From the NCBI GenBank assembly GCA_049472355.1, contig JBLIRP010000039.1, positions 1 through 34,175 on the forward strand: a stretch of DNA of 34,175 nt. The letters run 5' to 3'. This document shows positions 1 to 8,940 of this stretch, piece after piece. This DNA comes from a bacterium. Its GTDB lineage: Bacteria > SZUA-182 > DTGQ01 > JAFGSM01. Numbering within the stretch: position 1 is the stretch's first letter; each line of letters starts with the position of its first letter. A program made the position numbers and the translations under genes. The notes under the pieces were generated by a model. It saw nothing but the letters and a program-made list of their open reading frames with translations, did not search any database and was not told the origin of the DNA.

Positions 1-662
1 ATTTCGCCGTCATACAGGTGATCCCTGTAATCAAGGGTATAGGGATAGGGTGGGAAGTAGGGGGAGTGCGGGTCGTAGTAGTGGAGCCACAGAAAAAATT
101 TGTCACCCTGATTTCGTTTCAGAAAGCGAAGCCCGATCCTGGTGACCTGACCTGCGTTCCTCTCGTTGAAGAGTACACTGGCCCGCTTCTTGCCCGGGGT
201 GAAATTATCATCATAAAAATCAAAACCCTGGTCCAGTCCGAAGATGGAATCGAGGACAAAGGCCCCCACACAGGCCCCTGTCCGGTATCCGTTTTCCTGC
301 ATGACCTCTGCCAGGGTAAGGATCTCCGGACTCAGGTAAAAGTTTCCATTGTTCCTGACCCCATGCTGCGCGGGATAGAGGCCGGTCATGATGGAGGTAT
401 GGGAGGGCAAGGTGATGGGCACGGGGGTGATGGCCTGGGTGAAGACCGCCCCTTCGGAGGCCAGTCGATCGATTACGGGAGTTTTCACCCTGCTGTATCC
501 GTAACATCCCAGATGATCGGCACGAAGCGTATCAATGGTGATAATGAGAAGGTTGTAGTCGAGCGGCTTGGACCTGGAGCCCATTGCCATGGCCCCTGAT
601 CCGAAGGAGAGGCAGAGGGCGGCAACCACGAGAAACAGGGGAAGCGCGCCCGGGCGTCTCAT
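1..662 (-). CDS. Sulfatase/alkaline-phosphatase superfamily protein, N-terminal part (runs off the window edge); paralogue of 659-2872
   Basis: Not in the ORF track; translated by hand from ATG at 662, which overlaps the upstream TGA (ATGA): MRRPGALPLFLVVAALCLSFGSGAMA...NLLIITIDTLRADHLGCYGY...TPVPITLPSHTSIMTGLYP...FFLWLHYYDPH...YDGE. No stop before base 1. Confidence 0.92.
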   Translation of the reverse strand, partial: MRRPGALPLFLVVAALCLSFGSGAMAMGSRSKPLDYNLLIITIDTLRADHLGCYGYSRVKTPVIDRLASEGAVFTQAITPVPITLPSHTSIMTGLYPAQHGVRNNGNFYLSPEILTLAEVMQENGYRTGACVGAFVLDSIFGLDQGFDFYDDNFTPGKKRASVLFNERNAGQVTRIGLRFLKRNQGDKFFLWLHYYDPHSPYFPPYPYTLDYRDHLYDGE

Positions 663-2872
663 TTCTTTTCGTCTTTTTCTACCATGGGATGGAGCCTCAC
701 CAGCATCTGCCGCGCCTGGACAAAATCGGGCTTTATATCGAGGGCGGCCTGGAATTCATCGATGGCATCCCTGAGGTTATTCCGTTTGTAATGGATGAAT
801 CCCAGATTAAAATGGGCTTCGGCACTCATGGGATCATGCTCTATTGCCTGTTTAAAGGCATGTATGGCATCATCGAGCCTGTCCTGTTGAAAATAGACAA
901 GACCGAGAAAATAGTGGGCGCGGCTGAAATCCGGCCTTATGGCGATCGCCTTGTTCAGCATATCCAGGGCATCGGGAAGGCGCTGGGTCGCCTGATACAC
1001 GGAGCCCAGACTGAGCAGGGCCATGGTGTCGTTCGGGTCCTTTTGCAGTACGGCGTTTGCCTCGGACACGGCCCTGTCAAAATCCCCCAATCTCTGGTAG
1101 ACCACCGAGAGGTAGTTATGGGCGCTCGTGTCATCGGGATCAAGCTCCAGGACCTTCTGGAAGAAATCCCGGGCATGTGACCACTCCCCTTGCTGAAAAT
1201 GATAAAGGGCCGTGTTGGTGTATGCCTCCTTGCACCGGGGGTTGAACTCGAGGGCCTTCTTGAAGGTGGCAAGCCCCTCCTCGTAGCGGCCCGCCTTCAT
1301 ATAGCTCACCCCGAGTTGAATGTAGATCCGCAGGTTCTCCGACTCCAGCTCAAGGGCCCTTTCAAATGCCTCGATGGATTTGGCATCCTCTCCCATTGCC
1401 TCGTAGATATGGCCCAGGGTGACATAGGCATCGGTATTTTCGGGGTGGATGTCCAATACCTTTTTAAAGAGGGGCAATGCCTTATCATAGTGCGCCTCGG
1501 CGAAATAGGCGGCGCCCCTGTCGATATACTCCAGGACCTTGATCATGTCCTTGGGATCGGGATATTCCTTCCTCTCTTCACCGCTGGTGGGCGTCCACAC
1601 GTATCCCAGGCTCCTCATCTTCTCCATGGTCTCCTTATCCATCGCCACCTGCTGCGAGGGGGCCTCGCCTTCCGGGTCGATTTCCTGGACCACCTTTGCA
1701 AATCGCTGGGACATGACCTGGGCCTGTTCCTTCTCCTTCTTGAAGAGGTTTGACTTCTCCTCAGGGTCCTTGTCCAGACGATAGAGTTCCTGCGTGGGGG
1801 CCTCGATGTACTTCCATGTCTCGTTCCTCAATCCCTTGAGAGGACTCCAGTTATGGGTGGACTTCGGATAAAACGTTTCGCAGTAAAGGTCGAGTTCCCG
1901 TGCGGGCCCCTTACCCAGCATCATTGGGGATAGTGAAACACCCTCCATATGTTCGGGTATCTTGTATCCGATCATCTCCAGGATCGTGGGGGTGATGTCG
2001 ATCAACCGAACGAGGCGGGGGATGCGTTTTCCGGCAGGGAGCATGCGCGGGCAACTGATGATCATGGGCACCCATATGGTCGAGTCGTAGATGAAAATCC
2101 CGTGGGTCTTTTCATGGTGGTCCCCGAGGCCCTCCCCGTGATCGCCGGCGAACAGGATCAGGGTGTTATCGGTCAGCCCGAGGCTGTCCATTCTGTCGAA
2201 CAGTTTCCCAAGCCAGTAATCGGCGTATGCGATCTCCCCGTCATAGGGGTTCTTTCTGTAGGCACCATCGTAGGGGGGAGGAGGCGCCCAGGCATCGTGG
2301 GGATCGAAGTAGTGAACCCACAGGAAAAAGCCCTTCTCCCCTACCCCGTCCAGCCATTTCATGGCCGTCCTGGTGACGGTTTCCGCACGCCTTTCCTTCT
2401 GTTGCAGCTTCGGCTCCACATCGGTCTCCAGGTCGTCATTGTAGGTGTCGAATCCCTGGTCAAGGCCGAAGCGTCGGTCAAGTACATAGGCGGACACGAA
2501 GGCGGCGGTTGTGTACCCGCGCTCCTTGAGCATTTCCGGGAGGGTTACCACTGAATCCGGCAGTGCATAGGTGGCATTGTTCCGAATGCCGTGCGAGGGG
2601 GGATAGAGCCCCGTGAGCATGGAGGAATGGGAGGGGAAGGTTATCGGCACCGGGGTGAATGCCTTCTCAAAGAGACACCCCCTTTTTGCCAGGCGATCGA
2701 TGTTCGGCGTTTTAACCTTCTTGTATCCGTAACATGCGATGTGATCGGCGCGGGTGGTATCGAAGGTCACCAGGAGGATATTCAATCGCGGGGGCTTTTC
2801 CGCCCCCGCGATTGAACATATAAGAAGAAAAAAAAGGGGGACGATGATAACGCGTCTTACCTTGTCCATCAT
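659..2872 (-). CDS. Exported sulfatase-like hydrolase/transferase with C-terminal TPR array
   Basis: Signal peptide; NILLVTFDTTRADH, TPVPITFPSH, HYFDPH and GDHGE motifs; roughly the last 290 aa are TPR repeats (e.g. AYVTLGHIYEAMGE, AHFNLGFIHYKRNN). ATG at 2872 overlaps the upstream stop, with GAAGGAG upstream. Confidence 0.92.
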   Translation of the reverse strand: MMDKVRRVIIVPLFFLLICSIAGAEKPPRLNILLVTFDTTRADHIACYGYKKVKTPNIDRLAKRGCLFEKAFTPVPITFPSHSSMLTGLYPPSHGIRNNATYALPDSVVTLPEMLKERGYTTAAFVSAYVLDRRFGLDQGFDTYNDDLETDVEPKLQQKERRAETVTRTAMKWLDGVGEKGFFLWVHYFDPHDAWAPPPPYDGAYRKNPYDGEIAYADYWLGKLFDRMDSLGLTDNTLILFAGDHGEGLGDHHEKTHGIFIYDSTIWVPMIISCPRMLPAGKRIPRLVRLIDITPTILEMIGYKIPEHMEGVSLSPMMLGKGPARELDLYCETFYPKSTHNWSPLKGLRNETWKYIEAPTQELYRLDKDPEEKSNLFKKEKEQAQVMSQRFAKVVQEIDPEGEAPSQQVAMDKETMEKMRSLGYVWTPTSGEERKEYPDPKDMIKVLEYIDRGAAYFAEAHYDKALPLFKKVLDIHPENTDAYVTLGHIYEAMGEDAKSIEAFERALELESENLRIYIQLGVSYMKAGRYEEGLATFKKALEFNPRCKEAYTNTALYHFQQGEWSHARDFFQKVLELDPDDTSAHNYLSVVYQRLGDFDRAVSEANAVLQKDPNDTMALLSLGSVYQATQRLPDALDMLNKAIAIRPDFSRAHYFLGLVYFQQDRLDDAIHAFKQAIEHDPMSAEAHFNLGFIHYKRNNLRDAIDEFQAALDIKPDFVQARQMLVRLHPMVEKDEKK

Positions 2873-3249
2873 CAAAACATATACTCCTTCATAAATGGAA
2901 TTATGGCCTGTCGCGGGGCGATATTGTAGGAAGAGGCATAATTGGCGACCAGAGCCCCGTAATAATCCGCCAGCGGGTCATGGGCATACAGGAACGGGGT
3001 AGTCTGGGCCATGTCAAAAAATTTGAGGGCGTAAACCAGATAGCTATACGATCCGAGTGCAGGCATATAACAATAAGGATACCCTGAGAACCGGGAGAGG
3101 TTCATGAGAGAAAAAGGGGTATATCCCGGAAAACCGTACCCCCACAGTGAATACTGGGCTGAGGCAACACCGCTGAATAAAAATGCCAGTACGCCTGCGA
3201 TCATAACAATACAAAGGCCCATCACACAAAACCTCGTCAATCGTGTCAT
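2872..3249 (-). CDS. Small secreted Tyr/aromatic-rich hypothetical protein
   Basis: GGGGGGA SD; signal peptide ending ASA|QY; Tyr/Phe/Pro-rich mature part; stop overlaps the sulfatase start. Confidence 0.75.
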   Translation of the reverse strand: MTRLTRFCVMGLCIVMIAGVLAFLFSGVASAQYSLWGYGFPGYTPFSLMNLSRFSGYPYCYMPALGSYSYLVYALKFFDMAQTTPFLYAHDPLADYYGALVANYASSYNIAPRQAIIPFMKEYMF

Positions 3250-3675
3250 GATGCTATCCCCCCCTTTGCTATTCTCTCCCTTTTCCTGCCTAAAATCAAG
3301 GAGGAATGAAGGGAGACGACGATTTCAACGGTGACATTATATTGTCGTGATATTGTCGTGGTCAGACCATTTCGGAGCGATAAGGGGAGGCCTTTTGAAG
3401 CTTCTGCACAAAACAGGGCACATGACATTGCAGGTCTTAACTGAAATAGATCCCTACAACGTGTCCGTGGCAGTCTCAAAGACTCCAAAAGGCCTGCCCA
3501 TGTGATAAGGTCAGTATGTTTATTCACACCTTTGGACCAAAGGCATCACCTCCGCATCCATCTTTGTGATCCCTGATTGGGCATAATTACCCGCTCGTTG
3601 CGACGGGGATCATTCATCTCCGGATCAAGATTTCAATAACCAATGTAATGGCTCTCACTCCTGTCTGAATCAAAA

Positions 3676-4251
3676 TTACCATGACGTAGCGGCCAGAACC
3701 CCCGGTGTCCCGTACACATCATAATAGGTCAGAAGCGAAAAGGGATCCACGCCCAGGGCATTGCCATACCCGAGCAGATAGTACTGATTGCTCAATTCAA
3801 AGAGATACAAGGCAAGCGAGAGCGGCGGCGGTTTAAGTATGGACCAGCCTAACGGCAATGCGATCGGAACCGGTGCACCTGATATCGGATCCAGCAAGTC
3901 AGGGGGTGGAAATGGCTTCAATCCGAAAAACACATCATAGTAGACAACCCCTCCGGGCGAATTATATAAAAGCCATGGATTTACGTACCCCATGGGCAAC
4001 TCGAATCCATTGGGATTGAATAGATACGTCGGCTGAACCGGCAGTATGGTACTGCTGGTCACCTCGCTCAACAAGGGCGTGGGAAGGCCGGTGAGCGGAT
4101 CGGGCGGGGAATAGACCGGAGACCACAGGGGCCACAGCAGATTATAGGGGGGCATGATCGCCCAATCTTGTGCCTGGGCCGGTGTGCCTTTGATTAACAA
4201 AAAGACCATCATCATGGTCAAGATCAGGAATAACCATCTTTTTCTCATCAT
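3676..4251 (-). CDS. Array paralogue P9 (subtype B), secreted Pro/aromatic-rich protein of unknown family
   Basis: AAGGAG SD; signal peptide AQA|QDW; PPYNLLWPLWSP, TILPVQP, YNSPGG, YLLGYGNALGVDP. Confidence 0.9.
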   Translation of the reverse strand: MMRKRWLFLILTMMMVFLLIKGTPAQAQDWAIMPPYNLLWPLWSPVYSPPDPLTGLPTPLLSEVTSSTILPVQPTYLFNPNGFELPMGYVNPWLLYNSPGGVVYYDVFFGLKPFPPPDLLDPISGAPVPIALPLGWSILKPPPLSLALYLFELSNQYYLLGYGNALGVDPFSLLTYYDVYGTPGVLAATSW

Positions 4252-4310
4252 TGTTCATCTCCTTAAACATAGATTAAGTCCGATTCAATTTCCATCAAAT
4301 CAATATGGAT

Positions 4311-4889
4311 CTAATATACGCCCACAGTGAGTGGGGGTATTCCCCAGAATTCTGCCGGTGTGAGCAGATTCGCAAGCGGCACCCCATAGATATTGGAATA
4401 CACCAGGTTTCCCAGGATGAAATGATAGGCATTGATCTCCTCAAACTCGATGGGCCCTAAAAGTGAATAGGCAAGGGGCAGGGGAATCGGTGACGGGGCA
4501 CCGGTCAAAGGACTCAACATGTAATCCGGAGGAAATGGTCTCATACCGTAGTATTGATCCCAGATCATGAGGCCGCCGCCGAGGGCCAGAGGGGCATTAT
4601 AGGCCAGCCATGGCAGCGGTCCGTTATTCGCCTCCGGAGAGGCCGGGTCCCATATCATGGCCGGCTGAACCGGAAGTATCGTCATTCGGGTCAGGGCGTT
4701 GACCAGGGGGGTCGGCAGGCCGGTAATCGGATCCGGCGGAGACAGCGCCGGAGACCACAATGGCCACAATACGTTATAAGGCGGCAAGGCTGTCCAGTAG
4801 TCTGCCTGTGCATAGGTGAAAAACACCAGGCCCACCAGAACGGTCAGAATCATGATCAAAAATACATTCCATCTTTTTCTATGCATCAT
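4311..4889 (-). CDS. Array paralogue P8 (subtype A)
   Basis: AAGGGAG SD; AQA|DYW; PPYNVLWPLWSP, YNAPLALGGG, YSNIYGVPL. Confidence 0.9.
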   Translation of the reverse strand: MMHRKRWNVFLIMILTVLVGLVFFTYAQADYWTALPPYNVLWPLWSPALSPPDPITGLPTPLVNALTRMTILPVQPAMIWDPASPEANNGPLPWLAYNAPLALGGGLMIWDQYYGMRPFPPDYMLSPLTGAPSPIPLPLAYSLLGPIEFEEINAYHFILGNLVYSNIYGVPLANLLTPAEFWGIPPLTVGVY

Positions 4890-4977
4890 TATTCTCCCTT
4901 CAATTCAATGATCTCTTCCCTGAATCGGGGATTATTTCATTCATTCATTCAACGGAGTCCCTCCCAAGATAAACACC

Positions 4978-5562
4978 TTACAAAATAATGGGTGTCGTCG
5001 GGACACCGGTACGCAGCACTGGTCCCCAGATATCAAAGGGCTGTAACAGGCTCAGGAATTCCAGGCCGCTGAGTCCGAAGGTAAGGGCGTAGTAGATGTT
5101 CGCCATGGGCACGTAATATTCCCATTCCCCTGATGCATAGGGTGCCAACAGGGTGGGTGCCAATGGCAGAGGAATCGGTGCGGGTGCACCGGTCAGAGGA
5201 TCCAGCATATAGCTTGGCGGCCAGGGATTGATGCCATACGCTTCATGATAATACAACAGCCCTGAGCCGAAGGCAGCGGGCGTATTATAGAGAAGATAGG
5301 GCACCGGTTGGCACGGGTCCCAAACCAGACCGGGCTGGACCGGAAGTACCGTATTCCTGGTCAATGAACTGACCAGGGGTGTGGTGAGGCCCGTGACCGG
5401 ATCAATGGGTGACAATCCGGGAGACCAGAGGGGCCACAAGACATTATAGGGTGGCATGATGGTCCAGTACTGGGCCTGAATACTGATGGCACAAACAAGA
5501 CACAATGCCGCCATAAAGGTCATCATGAGTATAAGGCTTCTGCAGTGCTTTGACATATTCAT
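4978..5562 (-). CDS. Array paralogue P7 (subtype C)
   Basis: GGAGGG SD at 5567-5572 favours ATG 5562 or 5556 over the TTG at 5574; IQA|QYW; YNTPAAFGSG, YALTFGLSG. Confidence 0.9.
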   Translation of the reverse strand: MNMSKHCRSLILMMTFMAALCLVCAISIQAQYWTIMPPYNVLWPLWSPGLSPIDPVTGLTTPLVSSLTRNTVLPVQPGLVWDPCQPVPYLLYNTPAAFGSGLLYYHEAYGINPWPPSYMLDPLTGAPAPIPLPLAPTLLAPYASGEWEYYVPMANIYYALTFGLSGLEFLSLLQPFDIWGPVLRTGVPTTPIIL

Positions 5563-5626
5563 TTGTCCCTCCAAACCTCATTTCATTTCAATAAAACCAG
5601 CTCTCATTAACCAAAGGCAGATATTG

Positions 5627-5713
5627 ATCATCCACCGATCACCTCCCGGTAGTAACAATAATTGTTTTTCCATTGCAAAGAGAATGGTATGTATCATCCA
5701 TCGATCACCTCCC
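5627..5713 (-). repeat. Two 21-bp direct repeats (5627-5647, 5693-5713), each a perfect extended SD plus a start codon
   Basis: Minus strand GGGAGGTGATCG(A/G)TGGATGAT twice, one mismatch, 66-nt period. Confidence 0.8.
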
Positions 5714-5840
5714 CGAAGTCATAATGGTTGGTTTCCCGTGTGAATCGATTGAATGGCCATGGATCGGATATCGAACGTATGAACGTATTGTCGAATAGTT
5801 GCACGCGGGAAATGCCGCTGTTCCCTCACAGGGAACATAA

Positions 5841-6248
5841 TCAGCGCAGGATTATGGAGACCTCGATGAGCCGAATGTGTTGGGATGGAATATCTTCTAA
5901 GAATGCAATGGCTCTCTGGTAGGTATTTAATCCGACAAATTTGAGGTGCCCGGAAGGGTCAAACAGGCTTGCACATGACCTCAAAACGGCCGGAGGGGAA
6001 AGGAATGCATAATGTCTTCTTGATTCATTCTCATTGTTCAAATTCTCCAGGATATCAATAAAGTTCCTTGGTGCTGCGCCTGCATGATGATGGGGTATAT
6101 CTGATACAAAGATGCTGAGAAGATGACCGCTCAGATCAAGAAATTCGCATATCCCGATGTGCGTACAACGCACGTATTCAGGTGCATCGAAGGCACTCAT
6201 GAAAAAGAAAAGGCACACCAGGCATAGTACGAGGCATTTGCGACTCAT
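5841..6248 (-). CDS. Hypothetical ~135-aa protein with Cys-rich hydrophobic N-terminus
   Basis: ORF 5841-6308; likely ATG 6248 after AGGTGGG; MSRKCLVLCLVCLFFFMSAF...; no recognisable domain. Confidence 0.5.
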   Translation of the reverse strand: MSRKCLVLCLVCLFFFMSAFDAPEYVRCTHIGICEFLDLSGHLLSIFVSDIPHHHAGAAPRNFIDILENLNNENESRRHYAFLSPPAVLRSCASLFDPSGHLKFVGLNTYQRAIAFLEDIPSQHIRLIEVSIILR

Positions 6249-6744
6249 AGCATATCCCACCTGATTGGTATTTCGTGCCGGAGTCACGATTATTGTTGAC
6301 TCTTGCAAAATTGATCAAGGGTAATAAACCCTTACCATACGTATTACACGTGCAAAAGGGAAAGTGAGTAAAGCAGCAATGCCAAAATAACAGGAGAGCG
6401 GAGTTGTGAAAAGCAAATCGAAAAGGGCCGAGTGATTCAAACAGAACCCGTCTCAGCAGGAAAGGGGAGAGTAAAAGGACCGTATGCGTTGATGTTGAAG
6501 AGAACTGACCAGCAGGTGCCCCTTATCGCACGTTTGTCGAGCCGGAGCGATTAACTGAGTTCCCCTTCGGTCTCTTGTATGATGATTCTTTTATTACAGG
6601 ATGTCTGTGAGGCCGGAGCGGTTGTCATGCCATTATCTTGATACGGCATTGACCGCTCCTCTCATGAATGAAGTTGCTCCTCCTTCATAAAGGTGGATGC
6701 AGTGCTATCCGCTATAGAAACACTATATTCTTTTCTTACTTATA

Positions 6745-6773
6745 ATTATAAAAAATTTATTATACAGAGTCAA
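6745..6773 (-). promoter_or_regulatory. Sigma70-type promoter for the distal part of the array
   Basis: Minus strand TTGACT (6773-6768), 17-nt spacer, TATAAT (6750-6745), in an AT-rich tract. Confidence 0.75.
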
Positions 6774-6833
6774 GATTCTTTCTCATATATAATATATAGA
6801 CATCTTAAAAAAAGGAAGGATCCATTGGAATGG

Positions 6834-6876
6834 ATCGAAGTCCTGCGAGGGGATAGTCCCCTCGCAGGACTTCGAT
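6834..6876. terminator. Perfect 20-bp inverted repeat just downstream of P6 (terminator or 3' stabiliser)
   Basis: ATCGAAGTCCTGCGAGGGGA-tag-TCCCCTCGCAGGACTTCGAT; followed on the minus strand by a second small hairpin and a T run. Confidence 0.7.
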
Positions 6877-6909
6877 AGTCGTTCCCGGCCCCCCCTCTGC
6901 CGCCATTGT

Positions 6910-7488
6910 TCACAGAATCGGCAGGCCGAAGGCCTGTGCCGCGGTGACCAGTGATGAGGGATTGATTCCCAGGTTATACCCATAGGCAAGCATATAATAG
7001 AGATTGCCCAAATCATACAGGTAAGTGGCCTGGACGATGCCGAGTACGGCGGATGCCGTACTGAGCAGGGAGTAACCGGGCAGCAGGGTAATGGGAGCAG
7101 GCACCCCGGTAACCGAATCGAGGTAGCTTGCCGGGGGCCAGGGATTTATCCCGTAGAGCGTGTCGAAGAATACCAAACCGGTGGGGCCGTTATACAGGAG
7201 CCACGGCGGTATCGTCCCCAACATGGCCCACCCGAGTTTCGGCAGGGTGGGATCCCAGGCCATGACAGGCTGCACCGGGAGCACCGTGCTGCTGGTAAGC
7301 TGGGTCACCAGGGGAGTGGGAACGCCTGTAATAGGGTTCGGCGGTGAGTAGAACGGGGTGTAAAGGGGCCACAGGACATTGTACGGCGGCATGGCCACCC
7401 AGTTCTGTGCCGTGGCTCCCTGAATACTCACCAGGACTATGACGACAGCAACAGGTATGAGCACATACCATCTCTTTTGTGTAAGCAT
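6910..7488 (-). CDS. Array paralogue P6 (subtype B)
   Basis: AGGAGGA SD at 7497-7503 favours ATG 7488; ATA|QNW; YNGPTG, YMLAYGYNLGINP. Confidence 0.9.
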   Translation of the reverse strand: MLTQKRWYVLIPVAVVIVLVSIQGATAQNWVAMPPYNVLWPLYTPFYSPPNPITGVPTPLVTQLTSSTVLPVQPVMAWDPTLPKLGWAMLGTIPPWLLYNGPTGLVFFDTLYGINPWPPASYLDSVTGVPAPITLLPGYSLLSTASAVLGIVQATYLYDLGNLYYMLAYGYNLGINPSSLVTAAQAFGLPIL

Positions 7489-7522
7489 GGGCATTATCCT
7501 CCTTCTCCGCATAGTAGGCCTA

Positions 7523-8101
7523 TCAGATGGGCGGAAGGCCCCAGATCTGCGACGGAGTCAACAGATTGAGGAAGTCCGCCCCTGTTATCCCATAGTTGAG
7601 GGCATAGTTGACATTGGCAGTGGGAATAATCCACTCGAGTTCGGTCGTTGATGTGGGCAGCAGGAGCGAATAGGTTGTGAGAAGGGAGATAGGGGCAGGT
7701 GCACCGGTTATAGGATCCTGGAGATATGCCGGCGGGAATGGATTCATGCCGTAAATCTTGTCGAAAAACGCCATTCCGCCTCCGAATGCGAGAGGAATAT
7801 TATAGAGTGCCCAGATGTACCCCGAGGCATTCGAAGGGGAAGGGTCCCATACCACCATCGGCTGAACGGGGAGTATGGTATTCCTGGTAAGCGCAGGGAG
7901 CAGAGGGGTGGGTATACCTGCCGCATTCGGCGGTGACAGGACCGGGGACCAGAGGGGCCACAGCAGATTATAGGGGGGTATGGCAGCCCAGTTCTGGGCC
8001 CCCACCGTGGGGGTCATGAGCAGACCCAAGGCGGCCACGATAATACACATGACCAGTACGATAGAGGGAATAACGGGCAAGCATTTTCTCCTTTTATACA
8101 T
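7523..8101 (-). CDS. Array paralogue P5 (subtype C)
   Basis: AAGGAGG SD; VGA|QNW; YNIPLAFGGG, YALNYGITG. Confidence 0.9.
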   Translation of the reverse strand: MYKRRKCLPVIPSIVLVMCIIVAALGLLMTPTVGAQNWAAIPPYNLLWPLWSPVLSPPNAAGIPTPLLPALTRNTILPVQPMVVWDPSPSNASGYIWALYNIPLAFGGGMAFFDKIYGMNPFPPAYLQDPITGAPAPISLLTTYSLLLPTSTTELEWIIPTANVNYALNYGITGADFLNLLTPSQIWGLPPI

Positions 8102-8193
8102 ACGTAGACCTCCTTTTATGCCGAAAACATATCAACCATCGGCTCTCGGCAGCACAGGTCGGCTTTCATACGCATACACCATTTCCCCACGTG

Positions 8194-8763
8194 CTAAAAC
8201 ACCGCAGGAGGCAATGCGGAAAAGGGCGTATATCCCCAGATGTCTGCACTCGTTAAAAACGGTGTTGACGGCAATCCATATTGAGCGATGTACGTGAGAT
8301 TGGCCAAGGGTATAAAGTATTCAAATCCCTTCAAGGCAACGGGCAGATAGACGGACCAACCCAGAGGAAGTGCTATGGGATTTGGAGTACCGGTGACGGA
8401 ATCGAGCAAATAGGATGGGGGAAACGGATTGAGGCCATAGGTTATGTCAAAAAAAAGCATGCCGCCTCCAAGGGCCAAAGGGGTATTATAGAGGGCCCAC
8501 GGCAATGACCTATATGGATCCTTCACCAGGCCCGGCTGAACCGGTAATAGTGTATTACTTGTCAGGGAACTGATAAGAGGGGTCGCAAGCCCGGTGGCAG
8601 GATCAACGGGAGAAAGCGCCGGAGACCATAGCGGCCACATGAGATTGTAAGGCGGCAGTGCGGCCCAATACTGCGCATGCATGAGATCCGGCACGATCAT
8701 GCCTGCTATAACCAGTATGAGGAAGGCACATAGCAGGATTACCTTTTTCCTTTCTTTGTACAT
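8194..8763 (-). CDS. Array paralogue P4 (subtype A)
   Basis: GAGGTGA SD; MHA|QYW; YNTPLALGGG; ends LPPAVF like P1. Confidence 0.9.
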   Translation of the reverse strand: MYKERKKVILLCAFLILVIAGMIVPDLMHAQYWAALPPYNLMWPLWSPALSPVDPATGLATPLISSLTSNTLLPVQPGLVKDPYRSLPWALYNTPLALGGGMLFFDITYGLNPFPPSYLLDSVTGTPNPIALPLGWSVYLPVALKGFEYFIPLANLTYIAQYGLPSTPFLTSADIWGYTPFSALPPAVF

Positions 8764-8940
8764 AACTCACCTCATGCTATTGACTATGATGATTCATATC
8801 ATAGGATTATGTTCTTCTAAAAACCAGTCGACACGTTCATGATTCACCACTATACTACATAGATTCACACCCCCTTCGTGGAATGATTTGTTTATCTCCC
8901 ATTCTTAACCATCTATCCTTTTGAACTAAAGGGAAATCGC

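Noticed and set aside
18..2815. Long plus-strand ORFs (18-599, 584-1180, 1190-1753, 1949-2554)
   Set aside because: Antisense shadows of the sulfatase-like genes. The same applies to 25013-25987 (lon) and 32146-33261 (rsmA).
3246..3527. 93-aa minus-strand ORF
   Set aside because: No recognisable features, and the nearest strong SD (3545-3553) is too far from its GTG. Not supportable as a gene.
5627..5713. CRISPR mini-array or 16S rRNA fragment (contains GATCACCTCC)
   Set aside because: Only two non-palindromic repeats, no cas genes, and no flanking rRNA sequence. Better explained as SD sites on the minus strand.
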